Part shown: piece after piece, positions 63,021 through 64,000 of the stretch
Position numbering within the stretch: the stretch's first letter is position 1
Layout: every line of letters starts with the position of its first letter
NCBI GenBank assembly: GCA_977016875.1
Contig: CDRNST010000035.1
Location: forward strand, 4,216,001-4,280,000
Origin: Pavona decussata
Taxonomy: Eukaryota
Direction of reading: 5' to 3'
DNA: 64,000 nucleotides
Made by a program: the position numbers and the translations under genes
Notes under the pieces: generated by a model
The model's input: only the letters and a program-made list of their open reading frames with translations
The model's database searches: none
Told to the model about the DNA's origin: nothing

Positions 63021-64000
63021 GTGGGATGCCCTGAGGGGCAAACCATGTTTAAAAACGGGTAGATGTTTTTTTTTTTACACAGAATGCCCGCAGGGCAGGC
63101 CGTGTCTAGGTTTGGGTGGGGTATCTTTTATTTTTCTTTGTCGTAGTCACAAATCTGCACATTAATTTATGCATTAAACTCTGTCCTCTCCTAGTAGGGA
63201 TGTATTGTTCTGATTGTCATCAACAGAAGCGGCCCAATCAAAATCCATTATCGAGGCACATATCACGAGAGATCCCTTCCGGTGTGAAGTCAAATCATTA
63301 TTTGATTTATTCATTAAACCTAGATTGTCTTCAACAAAAACGGCCCAATCAAAATCCATTATCGGCGCGTATATCACGAGGGAGGGGACCCACTCATCTC
63401 TACCTGTGTGACGTCAAAGCAAATCATCAGTTGGAAGGCCGTGTTTTGTTCAATGGCGGCCACATGTATGAGTTTAAGACTCCAATCTGCCATTTTCAGA
63501 AAGAAAACAAACCTTTTTACAAACGGTGAATCAAAATAACTTTTAAGTAGTACTCAACAGTTTAAATTGTGGAAATTGGGAGAGTTCACAGTGAAGAAAT
63601 TATGCTTTCACAAACAGATCAAATAATTCAAGGTGAAGGAAGCCAGACCAGTTCCAGCGGGGTCATGACGTTATCGCAGAGTAATTTCCGGTATGATTCC
63701 CAGTGACACAATGATAACATATCATGCAGTCTCTCTAAATAAACCCATTCAATTATTTCAATTGCGAAGGGAGGATAGTTTTAAAAAATCTGCCAAGCAT
63801 ACAAATATGGGGAATAAATGGGGCTACATTAAGCATTCCGTGTTAATGCCATTAGGGGCATCTTGTTTTTTTTTTTCCTTCGTCGTAGTAACAAATCTGC
63901 ACATTAATTTATTCATTTAACTCTCCCATCTCCAGGGAGGAGGTGATACGAGTCCCCTAAAAACGACTGCGTGGGAAGCTACCCCTCTCCTAGTAGGGAT

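Overview
Eukaryotic, intron-rich and transposon-dense genomic DNA with two N gaps (32447-32580, 36632-36817). It is most likely from a cnidarian such as a stony coral; this is inferred from the repeat families and the GT4 + death-domain architecture. By hand-splicing GT-AG exons I find a tandem cluster of four minus-strand gene units. All four end in a homologous MyD88-like death-domain (DD) exon but carry different upstream modules. G1 (4673->1336, 3 exons, ~260 aa) is 2 transmembrane helices + DD. G2 (31651->18201, 6 exons, ~1243 aa) is a trypsin-fold domain lacking the catalytic triad + a 531-aa Pro/Thr/Ser exon built on a 15-mer repeat + three EDARADD/MALT1-like DDs + a terminal DD. G3 (41745->37213) is a GT-B/GT4 glycosyltransferase-fold exon + DD, with no first exon found. 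G4 (>64000->54750) is Pro/Thr linker exons + a ~91% identical GT4 exon + a doubly frameshifted DD. Nearly all introns are phase 1, and near-identical intron-flanked cassettes show recent exon shuffling between the genes. Both enzyme-fold modules appear to have lost catalytic motifs, and the GT4 pair shows a by-eye excess of non-synonymous change. The main candidate novel system is therefore a mix-and-match family of pseudo-enzyme sensor/decoy + death-domain innate-immune adaptors. The rest is LINE fragments, tRNA-derived repeats and many non-autonomous DNA transposons (hAT with 5- and 6-bp TSDs, P-like, piggyBac-like, Harbinger, Ginger-like, pogo-like), plus a minimal hammerhead ribozyme. All gene models are manual predictions without transcript data.
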